This document shows, in pieces, positions 18,210 to 26,948 of a stretch of 47,334 nucleotides of DNA. A model generated the notes under the pieces. It did no database searches, was not told the origin of the DNA, and saw only the letters and a program-made list of their open reading frames with translations. The stretch is taken from the NCBI GenBank assembly GCA_038147655.1, contig JAYQUI010000001.1:1-47334 (forward strand), in the 5' to 3' direction. The first letter of the stretch is position 1. Every line of letters begins with the position of its first letter. The stretch is from Nitrosomonadales bacterium. GTDB lineage: Bacteria > Pseudomonadota > Gammaproteobacteria > Burkholderiales > Methylophilaceae. The translations under genes were made by a program, and so were the position numbers.

Positions 18210-19814
18210 TTAATATCGCTTCACGTTTGTAATGATTCCCCTACCATCTTCAGTGACTCCGTACCTCAAAGTTGAGGAAAATGTGGATATTGACTGAGTT
18301 TGTTCAGATTTTGACCATGCACAACTCATAACTCGAAATGTGAATGGAAAAGATGAGTTTGCAATATTGTTAGGGTTTTCATTATCCATGACCGTAAAGT
18401 ATCGTAAAAAATGTGTGCCATGGTCATATCGTGGAGACATTCTCGTACTTCGTTTCAAAAATGGATTGGAAAGTATAGCGGAACTTCCACCTGCGCTAGA
18501 AATAGTAAATGGCACTCCATTCAAATCATTTTCAATATTTTCTTCAATCTCATCCTGAGTCAATGCTCTTTTCCAAACGCGGGCGTTGTGAAAATAACCT
18601 TGCGTAAAAGAATCTTGTTCCCAATTGCTACGACCTAAAAAGTTTGATGTATAAGGAACACCATTATTCGGTCGAGTTGGATTTTCTGCCCATGTCGTCC
18701 AACCATTACCATCGACTGCGGTCGGGACTATTTTTCGATTATCTCGATCACCAGTTGGGTTAGCAAATTCTAAAATAATAGGATTTCCATTATTACATTC
18801 GTTAGGTAGTGAAGTTCTGGCATTTGCTGAGGTGTTGGGTCCATCAGAAGCTAGCCAAGAGTCATCAACACCACGAGCCATACTGTCATTATTACAAGTG
18901 ATACCCATGCGTATCATATCTTTTTCAACTGTTACGAATGAGTGCACCCAAATCCTCGCTGGAAAAAGAATACCCTCATTATCTGTAAAACCTATCCCTG
19001 CTCTACTTCGATTATAACCGGGGGGGCGTTCTGTGGAATTGCCGGTTGGTTTGTAATATTGAAAACTCAATCGTTTAGTATTTCCTCTCCAAGCTAAAAC
19101 AATATTTGTGTTGTCAGTGTTTGGTGTCGAAGGGTTTCCTAGATCAAAAATTCGTGGCCAGTTAGCATTACTTAAGTAATTATCGTCTGTTAGATAAGTC
19201 CATGCCTCAAGAGTAAAGCCACCATTCGCGGGATCCAGTTGGTCATCAGGAATAATACCTAGATTTATTGATTGTAATAATGCCTGAGATCGAGCAATAT
19301 TTCCGCGGCCTGGAGCATCACTGCCAGGAATATAAAATGTTGTAGCTAAATTTCGGATAAGGTCTGCTGGCCAAGAACCTTTGCCTGAGAAGCTGCCAGA
19401 GATACCACATGCATTGGCATCACGCTCATCTTCACTTAGGTTATCAAAATCAGTTTCAAGTGCTAATTCAATCCAATCTGAAAACGGGTTGGTCGAATAA
19501 TCAGCATAGTCTGGCTCCATTTCATTGGAATCACTATCACAATTTCCCACCCCTCCTATTCTTGGAAGATAAGAACAAAGTGTACTCATATTTTCTGATT
19601 GAGAGGCAAGATTTCTCAATAGAAAAGTTATATTTTCTAGTCCTGTTCTAGCCAAACTGTTTGATTTAATTCTGTTATATTCTTTGTACTCACTTTTAGT
19701 TGCAAAATCAGAATTTTGTAATAAGCTTGTTGTGATAATAACCATTATGGCTACCATTGCAATGGCTGCAGGGAGCATGTAGCCACTTTTCAAATTCTGC
19801 TTAAAAATTTTCAT
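18210..19814 (-). CDS. PilX/GspK-like minor pilin (no E5) carrying a LamG-like (Laminin_G_3) domain
   Basis: KSG|YMLPAAIAMVAIM cleavage site without Glu5, SLARTGLE helix motif; LamG hallmarks FTLEAW, WPRIFDLG, WVHSFVT, FLGRSNW..D...G....RVWKRALTQDEI. Confidence 0.82.
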   Translation of the reverse strand: MKIFKQNLKSGYMLPAAIAMVAIMVIITTSLLQNSDFATKSEYKEYNRIKSNSLARTGLENITFLLRNLASQSENMSTLCSYLPRIGGVGNCDSDSNEMEPDYADYSTNPFSDWIELALETDFDNLSEDERDANACGISGSFSGKGSWPADLIRNLATTFYIPGSDAPGRGNIARSQALLQSINLGIIPDDQLDPANGGFTLEAWTYLTDDNYLSNANWPRIFDLGNPSTPNTDNTNIVLAWRGNTKRLSFQYYKPTGNSTERPPGYNRSRAGIGFTDNEGILFPARIWVHSFVTVEKDMIRMGITCNNDSMARGVDDSWLASDGPNTSANARTSLPNECNNGNPIILEFANPTGDRDNRKIVPTAVDGNGWTTWAENPTRPNNGVPYTSNFLGRSNWEQDSFTQGYFHNARVWKRALTQDEIEENIENDLNGVPFTISSAGGSSAILSNPFLKRSTRMSPRYDHGTHFLRYFTVMDNENPNNIANSSFPFTFRVMSCAWSKSEQTQSISTFSSTLRYGVTEDGRGIITNVKRY

Positions 19815-20952
19815 GAGTACAAGATTGAGATAACCGATGAAGATTGAGTAAAAAACTACCTTGTCCTGTTCCTAAATTTTCATCATGCTCGAGAATACTT
19901 TGATCATTGGATAACAGAATAGTAATTAACCTTTTGGAATCAATTTCTGATCCTGGATTTATGATAATCGGAGGTGTGCATCCATCTGCCTCAATGCAGC
20001 GAGGAACATATTCTAATTCGTTTAGAATTGTTTCCCATTGCTCTCCTGTTCGGGCCTCTCCAGCATCGAGGTGTAAAAATCCTCTAGCGCGATGATCAGC
20101 ATCAATATTGTGTTGAGTTTGTGGACATTTATCACTAATTGAACCAGCATGACAAAATAAACAATTGACAGTCATACCATCAATATTAGTTGAATTATTT
20201 CCAGAACAGTTGACGCCTGTTAGTGTAAGGCGGTCACGATCATTATTATAATTGCTTGTAAATGCGACGAATCCATACCTATAATCACTTGGTAATCCAT
20301 CAAACCAGCTTTGGTTTGGGTTAGCGATTCGGCATCCAATATCTTGTATTTTGTTATATTTTATTACTGTTTGAGAGACGTTAATGTCTAAATTTAATTC
20401 AGAGTTGTTCTGTCCTACTAACCGTCCTTGAGGCTTTAAATTGAACTGTACAGTTTGATTATCAGTTATAAACCAACCTCTGGCGCTATCTTTTTTCACA
20501 AAAATATTTGCTGAGATTTTTACAATGCTATCTGGTATATTATCCTCACAATCAATTCCAACGCCGTGATAGATTCCATGAGGTCCAGATTCTTCCTCAT
20601 AACCTAGCCATAATGATTGAGGAACAAATTGATCATTTACTACCTCGTTAAAACCCATGCACTTACCATCTTGATTTGTAAAATTTAAATTTTCTTTTGA
20701 AAAAGTAACGATATTAGATCCATCGTATGCCATTGGGTTGGCTTCTGATTTAGCAAGAAGCTTTGAAATCTTTTGAATGGTAATATTTTTTTCAGTAACA
20801 ATTTTATTTAATTCTTCAATATTATTTTGTTTTTTTGTAAAGCCATTCATCATACTCCACATAAATAAACCAACCACAGATGCTAGACCTGCGTAGGTCA
20901 ATAATTCTGGGAGAGAAAATCCAGAAAGAAAATTCTTTCGTGTTATATTCAA
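19801..20952 (-). CDS. PilW/GspJ-like minor pilin with extra Cys-rich C-terminal domain
   Basis: TTG start; LSG|FSLPELLTYAGL prepilin motif with E5; overlaps the PilX-like gene by 14 bp. Confidence 0.75.
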   Translation of the reverse strand: MNITRKNFLSGFSLPELLTYAGLASVVGLFMWSMMNGFTKKQNNIEELNKIVTEKNITIQKISKLLAKSEANPMAYDGSNIVTFSKENLNFTNQDGKCMGFNEVVNDQFVPQSLWLGYEEESGPHGIYHGVGIDCEDNIPDSIVKISANIFVKKDSARGWFITDNQTVQFNLKPQGRLVGQNNSELNLDINVSQTVIKYNKIQDIGCRIANPNQSWFDGLPSDYRYGFVAFTSNYNNDRDRLTLTGVNCSGNNSTNIDGMTVNCLFCHAGSISDKCPQTQHNIDADHRARGFLHLDAGEARTGEQWETILNELEYVPRCIEADGCTPPIIINPGSEIDSKRLITILLSNDQSILEHDENLGTGQGSFLLNLHRLSQSCTHENF

Positions 20953-20975
20953 ATTTTAATTTATTAAATTGTAAT

Positions 20976-21719
20976 TTGATTTTATTTTACCAAACCATTT
21001 TCTTTTTACTAGGGGCATCAATCGGTAGTTTTTTAAACGCATGGAGTTTAAGAATTACAAGCGATGACGAGTCCATTTTTGCTCCATCAAAATGTAGGTC
21101 ATGTGAGAAAAAATTACAATGGCATCAACTGATCCCAGTGCTATCTTGGGCCATGCAGTTTGGAAAATGTGGGTGCAAGAGAAAGGAAAAAATTTCACCC
21201 CAATATATATTCACAGAAATAATTTTAGGTTTATGTTTTGTGATTATATTTAATTTAAATGGCTTTAGTGTTGATGTAATTTTCTACCTTGTTTTTGCAT
21301 CCGTTCTTTTTTTTCTGGTACTCACTGATTTGAATTATCAATTACTGCATTTCCCAACAATTATCTTTGGTATTTTTTTAGGTGTTATTTATGGAGCTTT
21401 GCAGGATAAGATTGTAGAGGTTACTGTTGGTGCCCTTTGCGGATTTTTAATAATCTTTATTGTAAATTTTCTATTTCGTACTTTTAGAAATAAAGACGGA
21501 TTTGGCGATGGTGACAAATATCTATTAGCCATGCTGGGTATGTGGACAGGGGCAATAATTGTTCTACAAATCCTAGTGTTAGCCTCATGGATTGGGGTTA
21601 TTTATTCAGTTATTTTACGTTCTTATCAAGGATGTTTTCCAACCAAGCTTCCTTTGGCTCCATTATTTGTCTCAGCGCTTTTACTTATCTATATAAATCA
21701 ACAACTTAGTATCATTTAA
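20976..21719 (+). CDS. pilD: Prepilin peptidase (A24)
   Basis: GASIGSFLN, SKCRSC, IPVLSW, catalytic Asp motifs LTDL and GFGDGD, LPLAP; probable TTG start at 20976 (the track's 20880 start overlaps the divergent pilin gene). Confidence 0.92.
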   Translation: MILFYQTIFFLLGASIGSFLNAWSLRITSDDESIFAPSKCRSCEKKLQWHQLIPVLSWAMQFGKCGCKRKEKISPQYIFTEIILGLCFVIIFNLNGFSVDVIFYLVFASVLFFLVLTDLNYQLLHFPTIIFGIFLGVIYGALQDKIVEVTVGALCGFLIIFIVNFLFRTFRNKDGFGDGDKYLLAMLGMWTGAIIVLQILVLASWIGVIYSVILRSYQGCFPTKLPLAPLFVSALLLIYINQQLSII

Positions 21720-21722
21720 AAA

Positions 21723-21746
21723 AAAAACACAAAATGTAGTGTTTTT
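21723..21746 (+). terminator. Possible weak terminator or operator after pilD
   Basis: AAAAACAC-N8-GTGTTTTT inverted repeat; AT-rich stem. Confidence 0.3.
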
Positions 21747-21747
21747 A

Positions 21748-21776
21748 TTGTTAAATATACTATATTTTGTTATTAT
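21748..21776 (+). promoter_or_regulatory. Sigma70-type promoter for the secretin-to-pilin operon
   Basis: TTGTTA (21748-21753), 17-bp spacer, TATTAT (21771-21776) with extended TG at 21768-21769; 26 bp upstream of the secretin ATG. Confidence 0.55.
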
Positions 21777-21802
21777 GAAATAACTTATTTTTAAATGAAT
21801 CT

Positions 21803-23959
21803 ATGAAGAAAGTTTCAATATTTGCTGCATTTTTTCTAATAGCCGGATGTGCTAGCAATATTGACCGCCAAAAAGAAGTAGCCCAAGAAACAATGGATGA
21901 GTTTATTGATAGGGCTGAAAAATTCAACGAACAGTTCATTACCGAAAAACAACCTTTAAAACAACGCAGAGAGTTGCTCCAATTTTCTTACGGTCCTAAC
22001 AGTTTTGAAAACAATAATTTTTTAGAATATTTAGTTAATTCCAATGCAAGGTTACCAAATGACCTAATTGGAAAGCTTCAAGCCAGTGAAAATGAATATA
22101 AGAATTCTGAGATTAATGATGAATCAAATGATTTATTAAATGAGGTTCAGAATTTTAAAAAAATTACGGCTGTCTATAAAAAATTAGCAAAACAAAAAAC
22201 CATAAGCGTGTCTGAAACACAATTAAGCATGTTAGTCAGTCAGTTGTTAAAAAATACCGGACTTAAACTAAAAATTGATGACGTCGAAATTCAAGGAAAG
22301 TTTAAAGGAACAAGCTTCGAGATTATTAGAGATCTTGCAGTGAATAATAATTTAGTCATGTATTTCTCTTCAGACTATAAAACATTACACCTTAAAAAAG
22401 ATTTTCCTAAGGACAAAACATTCAATCCAGTCATAGAATCAATTGCCTTAAATCCATCAGAAGTGGAGAAAGATTTAGTTTTCATAGAAGAGGTGGCTTT
22501 TCAAATGGAGGGCTCAGACTTGCAAATTGAAGAAGCTCTCAATGTGGATGAAGTTGTAAAAACAAGCTACGGAAGAAAAATAGTTAATCGTTTAATATTT
22601 GTTGAAAGAACTCGTACAAATGTTCTTCAACAAAAAGAGCAAGGAAGTTTTTATAGAACCAACCTCATCAATCGTGTTAGAAATTCAGATTTTTCTAATA
22701 CACCAACCGTAACAATTTTTGAGGAAAATATTAAAAATGGCCAGGAAAATGTAATAGAAAAATTTAGTGTATATAACGACACTCCAGCAGCAATGCTGAC
22801 CAAGCTTCAAGCCTTTTCAGTATTCAATGAATGCACTTCAAAAACTGATGACAGCGATAACAACCAGCAGGAGTCGACACCTACATCTGATTCGTTAACA
22901 GCTGATCAGCAGAACAATAGTCAAGAATTAAAAGATACTCCAACTCAAGTTACTGAAGAGAATAAAAAACCTATGTCAGAGCAAACTGCTAATAGTGACT
23001 TTGCTGCAATAGATAAATCTGCTGCAAAATTAATTGCTGAATCTAACGAGCTATCTGCTAATTCAGAATTAGGATGTGTAGAGTTAATCGCTGATGATTA
23101 TGGAATCGTTGCCTCAGGCAGTATTCTAGATATTCAATTAATAGAAAAATTTTTAGTCGATCAAGATCAGCCGGTTAAACAAGCCATGATTGAAACATTT
23201 ATATTAGAAGTTAATTCAGATTGGAAAAATGAATTAGAGTCAAAATTTTCTACAGGCGATCTGGGTGTAAGCGGCGATGCAAATAGAGGCTTGTATTCCT
23301 TTGCTTCTGGATTATTAGATTTTGCTTCTGCTACAGCAGATGGCGGTGTTACGGCATCGACTAGATTTGGAACCAGAAATCAGATTACTGCTTTGGTTAA
23401 TATGATAGAAACAAATTCTCTTGGGAAAAAAATATCAAACCCAGTTATTTTGGTAAGAGATGGTGAAGAGGGTATTGTGGATAAAACGAGAACATTTAGA
23501 CAACAACGTTCAACTACAACAACCAATGCATCCACTTCGGTAAACACTAATAACGAAATTGATGAATATGATGCACCCTTAAAATTAACAGTCACCCCGA
23601 CTATCAATAAACACAATGATGTCATAGATTTAGATTTTAACTTTGTCGAAGAAACCTACGACTCTGCGACTCCGACGTCAGCCTCCACAGCCAATAACAT
23701 TACAACCAAGTTAAAAATTGAGCCAGGTGAAGTGGTGATGATGGCTGGTTTATTTCAGCAAACTCAAAATAATACAACCCAGGGGCTACCGTTTATTTCA
23801 AAATTAGGCTTTAGTCGCATTTTGGCTCCACTGGTTGCATTGCTTGGTGGGGGTGAAGTTAGACGAACTGATACTGGAACAGAACTGTTGGTGTTTATTA
23901 ATCCTACCGTGATTACAAAAGAGAATATTAATCGGACGGTTACTAGGACGAGATATTAA
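21803..23959 (+). CDS. pilQ: Secretin (PilQ/GspD family), predicted lipoprotein
   Basis: DQPVKQAMIETFILEV, ISNPVILV.DGEEG, LKLTVTPTI, GEVVMMAGLF, ELLVFINPTVI; lipobox LIAG|C at residue 16. Confidence 0.9.
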   Translation: MKKVSIFAAFFLIAGCASNIDRQKEVAQETMDEFIDRAEKFNEQFITEKQPLKQRRELLQFSYGPNSFENNNFLEYLVNSNARLPNDLIGKLQASENEYKNSEINDESNDLLNEVQNFKKITAVYKKLAKQKTISVSETQLSMLVSQLLKNTGLKLKIDDVEIQGKFKGTSFEIIRDLAVNNNLVMYFSSDYKTLHLKKDFPKDKTFNPVIESIALNPSEVEKDLVFIEEVAFQMEGSDLQIEEALNVDEVVKTSYGRKIVNRLIFVERTRTNVLQQKEQGSFYRTNLINRVRNSDFSNTPTVTIFEENIKNGQENVIEKFSVYNDTPAAMLTKLQAFSVFNECTSKTDDSDNNQQESTPTSDSLTADQQNNSQELKDTPTQVTEENKKPMSEQTANSDFAAIDKSAAKLIAESNELSANSELGCVELIADDYGIVASGSILDIQLIEKFLVDQDQPVKQAMIETFILEVNSDWKNELESKFSTGDLGVSGDANRGLYSFASGLLDFASATADGGVTASTRFGTRNQITALVNMIETNSLGKKISNPVILVRDGEEGIVDKTRTFRQQRSTTTTNASTSVNTNNEIDEYDAPLKLTVTPTINKHNDVIDLDFNFVEETYDSATPTSASTANNITTKLKIEPGEVVMMAGLFQQTQNNTTQGLPFISKLGFSRILAPLVALLGGGEVRRTDTGTELLVFINPTVITKENINRTVTRTRY

Positions 23960-23963
23960 CTCT

Positions 23964-24296
23964 ATGGATACATTTTTTAAATTTTTAGAAAAATTTATTC
24001 AGAAGATAAAAAAAGTTTTTGAGAGCATTTTAAGTATTTCATTAAAAAATAAGCCCATTGCAAAAAAAGAAAAAGCTAGTGATAAAAAATTTACATTTCA
24101 ATTTAAAAAAGCTGTATCCCGATTAGATCTCAATTTAACAAGCGATGAAAATAAAGAACAAAATAATATGACAGCTTCTCAAAAAAGAGAATTAACTTTA
24201 AATCTTAATGCCTTAAAGGAACTGCTGGATGGCGATTACATATCAAAAGAACAGCATGATGTAAAAGAAAAAGAATTAAAGGCAATATATGATTAA
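23964..24296 (+). CDS. Small Lys-rich protein with C-terminal SHOCT-like motif
   Basis: LNALKELLDGDYISKEQHDVKEKEL resembles SHOCT (LxxLxxLxDxGxIxxxE..K..L); 4 bp from the secretin gene and overlapping the next gene. Confidence 0.6.
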   Translation: MDTFFKFLEKFIQKIKKVFESILSISLKNKPIAKKEKASDKKFTFQFKKAVSRLDLNLTSDENKEQNNMTASQKRELTLNLNALKELLDGDYISKEQHDVKEKELKAIYD

Positions 24297-25911
24297 GCGA
24301 TCAATTAAAAAATCATATTCTGAAATTGTCATGCGTTTAACACACAGTTCTATACTTGTCAGTTTTGATTATCAGGCCGAGGAATTTAAAGTTAAACCAA
24401 AAATTCTGGAGTGGCAACTTCCAAAAAAAATAAACTCAAATAACATTAATCCTGAAATTGAATTTCTCAGTTCATTCTTAGCACGCATGGTAAAACAATA
24501 CAAAATGGAAGGTGAGCTGGTGACCTGGGTGATCCCTCATCAAAAAAGTAGATTGAAAAATATCACTATTCCATTGAATCTAAGAATCAAAGCTGATAAA
24601 AAAGAATTTGATACTCTTACTAAAGCTTCATCATATGATTTTTGGAAAGAGCATGATCCAGACTTAGCAGATATTAAGTTAGCAGAAATTCGATCATCAT
24701 TACTAACAACAAATACTGAAGAGAATACCACCAGTATGCTTTATTGTGCGGTTGATAAATTAACTCTGAGGTTGTATCAAAATTTATCACTGCAATCGAA
24801 TCTTTATCCAATTGGGTATATTTCAGAGGATCAATCATTAATAAAAATAATTGAATCAAGATTATCTCGTATTCAAAGAGAAAGACCTTTTGCTATTTTC
24901 CATTTAAGCAAAGGAAATAACAGAATAATTTATGTAAATTCTGAACAAAGTGAAATAGCAAGAGTAAATATTGATGAGCTTGATGAGTCTTTATTAGATG
25001 AAATTCCTATTATTGATGAAAATAATAAAGATTTCTGGAGTGAGATAATGACTCGAATATCAACCTCTTTGAAAGTAGCAACCTCCTATCTGTTGGAAGA
25101 ACTAAAAGTTTTAAGATTTGAGAATATTTATTTCGTTAGTGACTATGAAAATGAAGATTCATTAATCCAATTATTAAAAGAAAATTATAGAGAAGTAAAT
25201 TTGATATCAATTAAGGATCAATTTGATTATGTGTCGGTACAAAAGGCAGATAGCGAAAGTGTATTAATTAGTAGTGAAGAAAATAAGCAAATTTATAGTG
25301 GTTCAAAGTTTATTCCAAGCTTTGGAAATTACAATTTAAAGTATTTTTCTGAGATAGCCATACCAAATATGATTGCTGGCGCGGCAATTATGAATTTTCA
25401 TGAAAAAGGGGCATTCATAAAATCTAACTTTATAAATGAAAAACTAATAAATAAAATCTACATTTTATTTATTAGTTTGATTCTCTTATCTACTTTAATA
25501 ATGGGGGGTATTTTTTCATTAAACCTTGGTAATGATGCAAACCAACAAAAACTTGTTCAAGCAGAAAAAAAATTAGATCGATTAAAAGCAGAAATAGAAA
25601 GCGGTAATGCAGCAACTAAAAAAATGGAAAAAGAACACGAGATCATTACACAGCTAGCTAATGGCCAGACAAATCAAAAATTATTTGAAAAATTAGTTAA
25701 GGAAATTCCTCCTGATGTAGAGCTGGATAGAGTGATTGTTAGAGATAATTCGTTCCAGATATATGGGAATAGTTTAAATGTAAGCAGTCTTAATAATTTT
25801 TATAATAGATTTATTCAAGATTCAAATTTTGAGAATATTAAGATTGATTCATATCGTAGAAAAGATAAATCAATGAATTTTTTTGAATTAGTTGGAGTAA
25901 TAAAAATTTAA
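24289..25911 (+). CDS. PilM-PilN fusion (GspL-like architecture)
   Basis: About 385-aa cytoplasmic region with PilM-like elements (FAIFHLSKGNNRIIY; FENIYFVS), one TM, coiled coil, then PilN pattern LVKEIPPDVELDRV...FQIYGNS...LNNFYNRF...FENIKI. Confidence 0.72.
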   Translation: MIKRSIKKSYSEIVMRLTHSSILVSFDYQAEEFKVKPKILEWQLPKKINSNNINPEIEFLSSFLARMVKQYKMEGELVTWVIPHQKSRLKNITIPLNLRIKADKKEFDTLTKASSYDFWKEHDPDLADIKLAEIRSSLLTTNTEENTTSMLYCAVDKLTLRLYQNLSLQSNLYPIGYISEDQSLIKIIESRLSRIQRERPFAIFHLSKGNNRIIYVNSEQSEIARVNIDELDESLLDEIPIIDENNKDFWSEIMTRISTSLKVATSYLLEELKVLRFENIYFVSDYENEDSLIQLLKENYREVNLISIKDQFDYVSVQKADSESVLISSEENKQIYSGSKFIPSFGNYNLKYFSEIAIPNMIAGAAIMNFHEKGAFIKSNFINEKLINKIYILFISLILLSTLIMGGIFSLNLGNDANQQKLVQAEKKLDRLKAEIESGNAATKKMEKEHEIITQLANGQTNQKLFEKLVKEIPPDVELDRVIVRDNSFQIYGNSLNVSSLNNFYNRFIQDSNFENIKIDSYRRKDKSMNFFELVGVIKI

Positions 25912-25913
25912 CT

Positions 25914-26948
25914 ATGGCTAAAGAAAAAAAATTATCAAAACGCGCTGAAAAGTTGTTAGCTGAAATTCAAGCTTCTGCATCTAAAGATGTAGCTGAGCAC
26001 ACTGAAACAGCTATTGGAGTTGATCAAAATAGCTCCTTTGAATATTTTCATGGCGGCATCACTAAATTTACAGCCAGTAAATATAGAAAAAATCTTTCCT
26101 ATGATAAAAAACCATTATGGGCATTTAACTTAATCTTGTTGGTTGGAGTTTTTATATTTGCTTCAAACTTGACATGGAATTTCTATGATGACTATGCAAC
26201 TAAGCAAAATAACATTAAAAAGAACCTCCCTAAAATATTAGCAGAAATCAAAAATATTGAGGTTAATGCTGCCAAAATTCAAAAAGAAGTTTTTGATAAA
26301 AAACAATATATTCAGTCTGAATTACAAAGAATACCCAATCAACATATGGCTGATGAAATTATTAATGAAGTTGCACAGTTATTGGAAGGTAGTGAATTAA
26401 AAATTGTTAAACAAGAAATCCAAATTAATAAAACAATTACATCGGTGAGTTTTGGAATGCCAGCCATTCAAAAACCGATCCCAGATAATACGGTATTTTC
26501 TAATATTGCAATTGCCACATTAGAAAATAAACAACCTCAAGCAACTAAAAAAGAAGATAAGAAAACTAAAGCTAAAAAAGAAGATAAGAAAACTAAAGCT
26601 AAAAAAGAAGATAAAGAAGAGATAAAAATCAAAGTAGATGAGCCTCAAAGTAACTTTAGTGAGTTGATGGAATTAATAAAAAAACAAGAAAATGAAAAAA
26701 AACAAAAGTTGATTAAAGATTTACCAAAAAATGTATCTTTTATGAATTATCATTTTCAATTAAAGGGCCAGTACTTAAATTATTTGAAAGTTAGACAGCA
26801 TTTAATTAAGAGATACCCATATATTATTATTCCAGTTGAGGAAATTGCAACAGAAAATAATAATACTGATATACAGTTTAGAGTAATTTATGACATTCCA
26901 TTTTTCACAGAAAATACTACAATGAATGTAAATAATAAGGGTACCTAA
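25914..26948 (+). CDS. PilO-like alignment protein with Lys/Glu-rich insertion
   Basis: TM plus coiled coil, IPNQHMADEIINEVAQLLEGSELKI and FQLKGQYLNYL PilO-like halves; position after the PilN-like gene. Confidence 0.65.
   Translation: MAKEKKLSKRAEKLLAEIQASASKDVAEHTETAIGVDQNSSFEYFHGGITKFTASKYRKNLSYDKKPLWAFNLILLVGVFIFASNLTWNFYDDYATKQNNIKKNLPKILAEIKNIEVNAAKIQKEVFDKKQYIQSELQRIPNQHMADEIINEVAQLLEGSELKIVKQEIQINKTITSVSFGMPAIQKPIPDNTVFSNIAIATLENKQPQATKKEDKKTKAKKEDKKTKAKKEDKEEIKIKVDEPQSNFSELMELIKKQENEKKQKLIKDLPKNVSFMNYHFQLKGQYLNYLKVRQHLIKRYPYIIIPVEEIATENNNTDIQFRVIYDIPFFTENTTMNVNNKGT
26545..26614. repeat. 27-bp tandem repeat, about 2.6 copies, encoding KKEDKKTKA
   Basis: CTAAAAAAGAAGATAAGAAAACTAAAG at 26545 and 26572, partial third copy from 26599. 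Confidence 0.92.

Noticed and set aside
20880-20975. 73-bp head-to-head coding overlap of pilD and the PilW-like pilin
   Set aside because: PilD similarity begins near ILFYQTIFFLLG; the longer start is an ORF-caller extension
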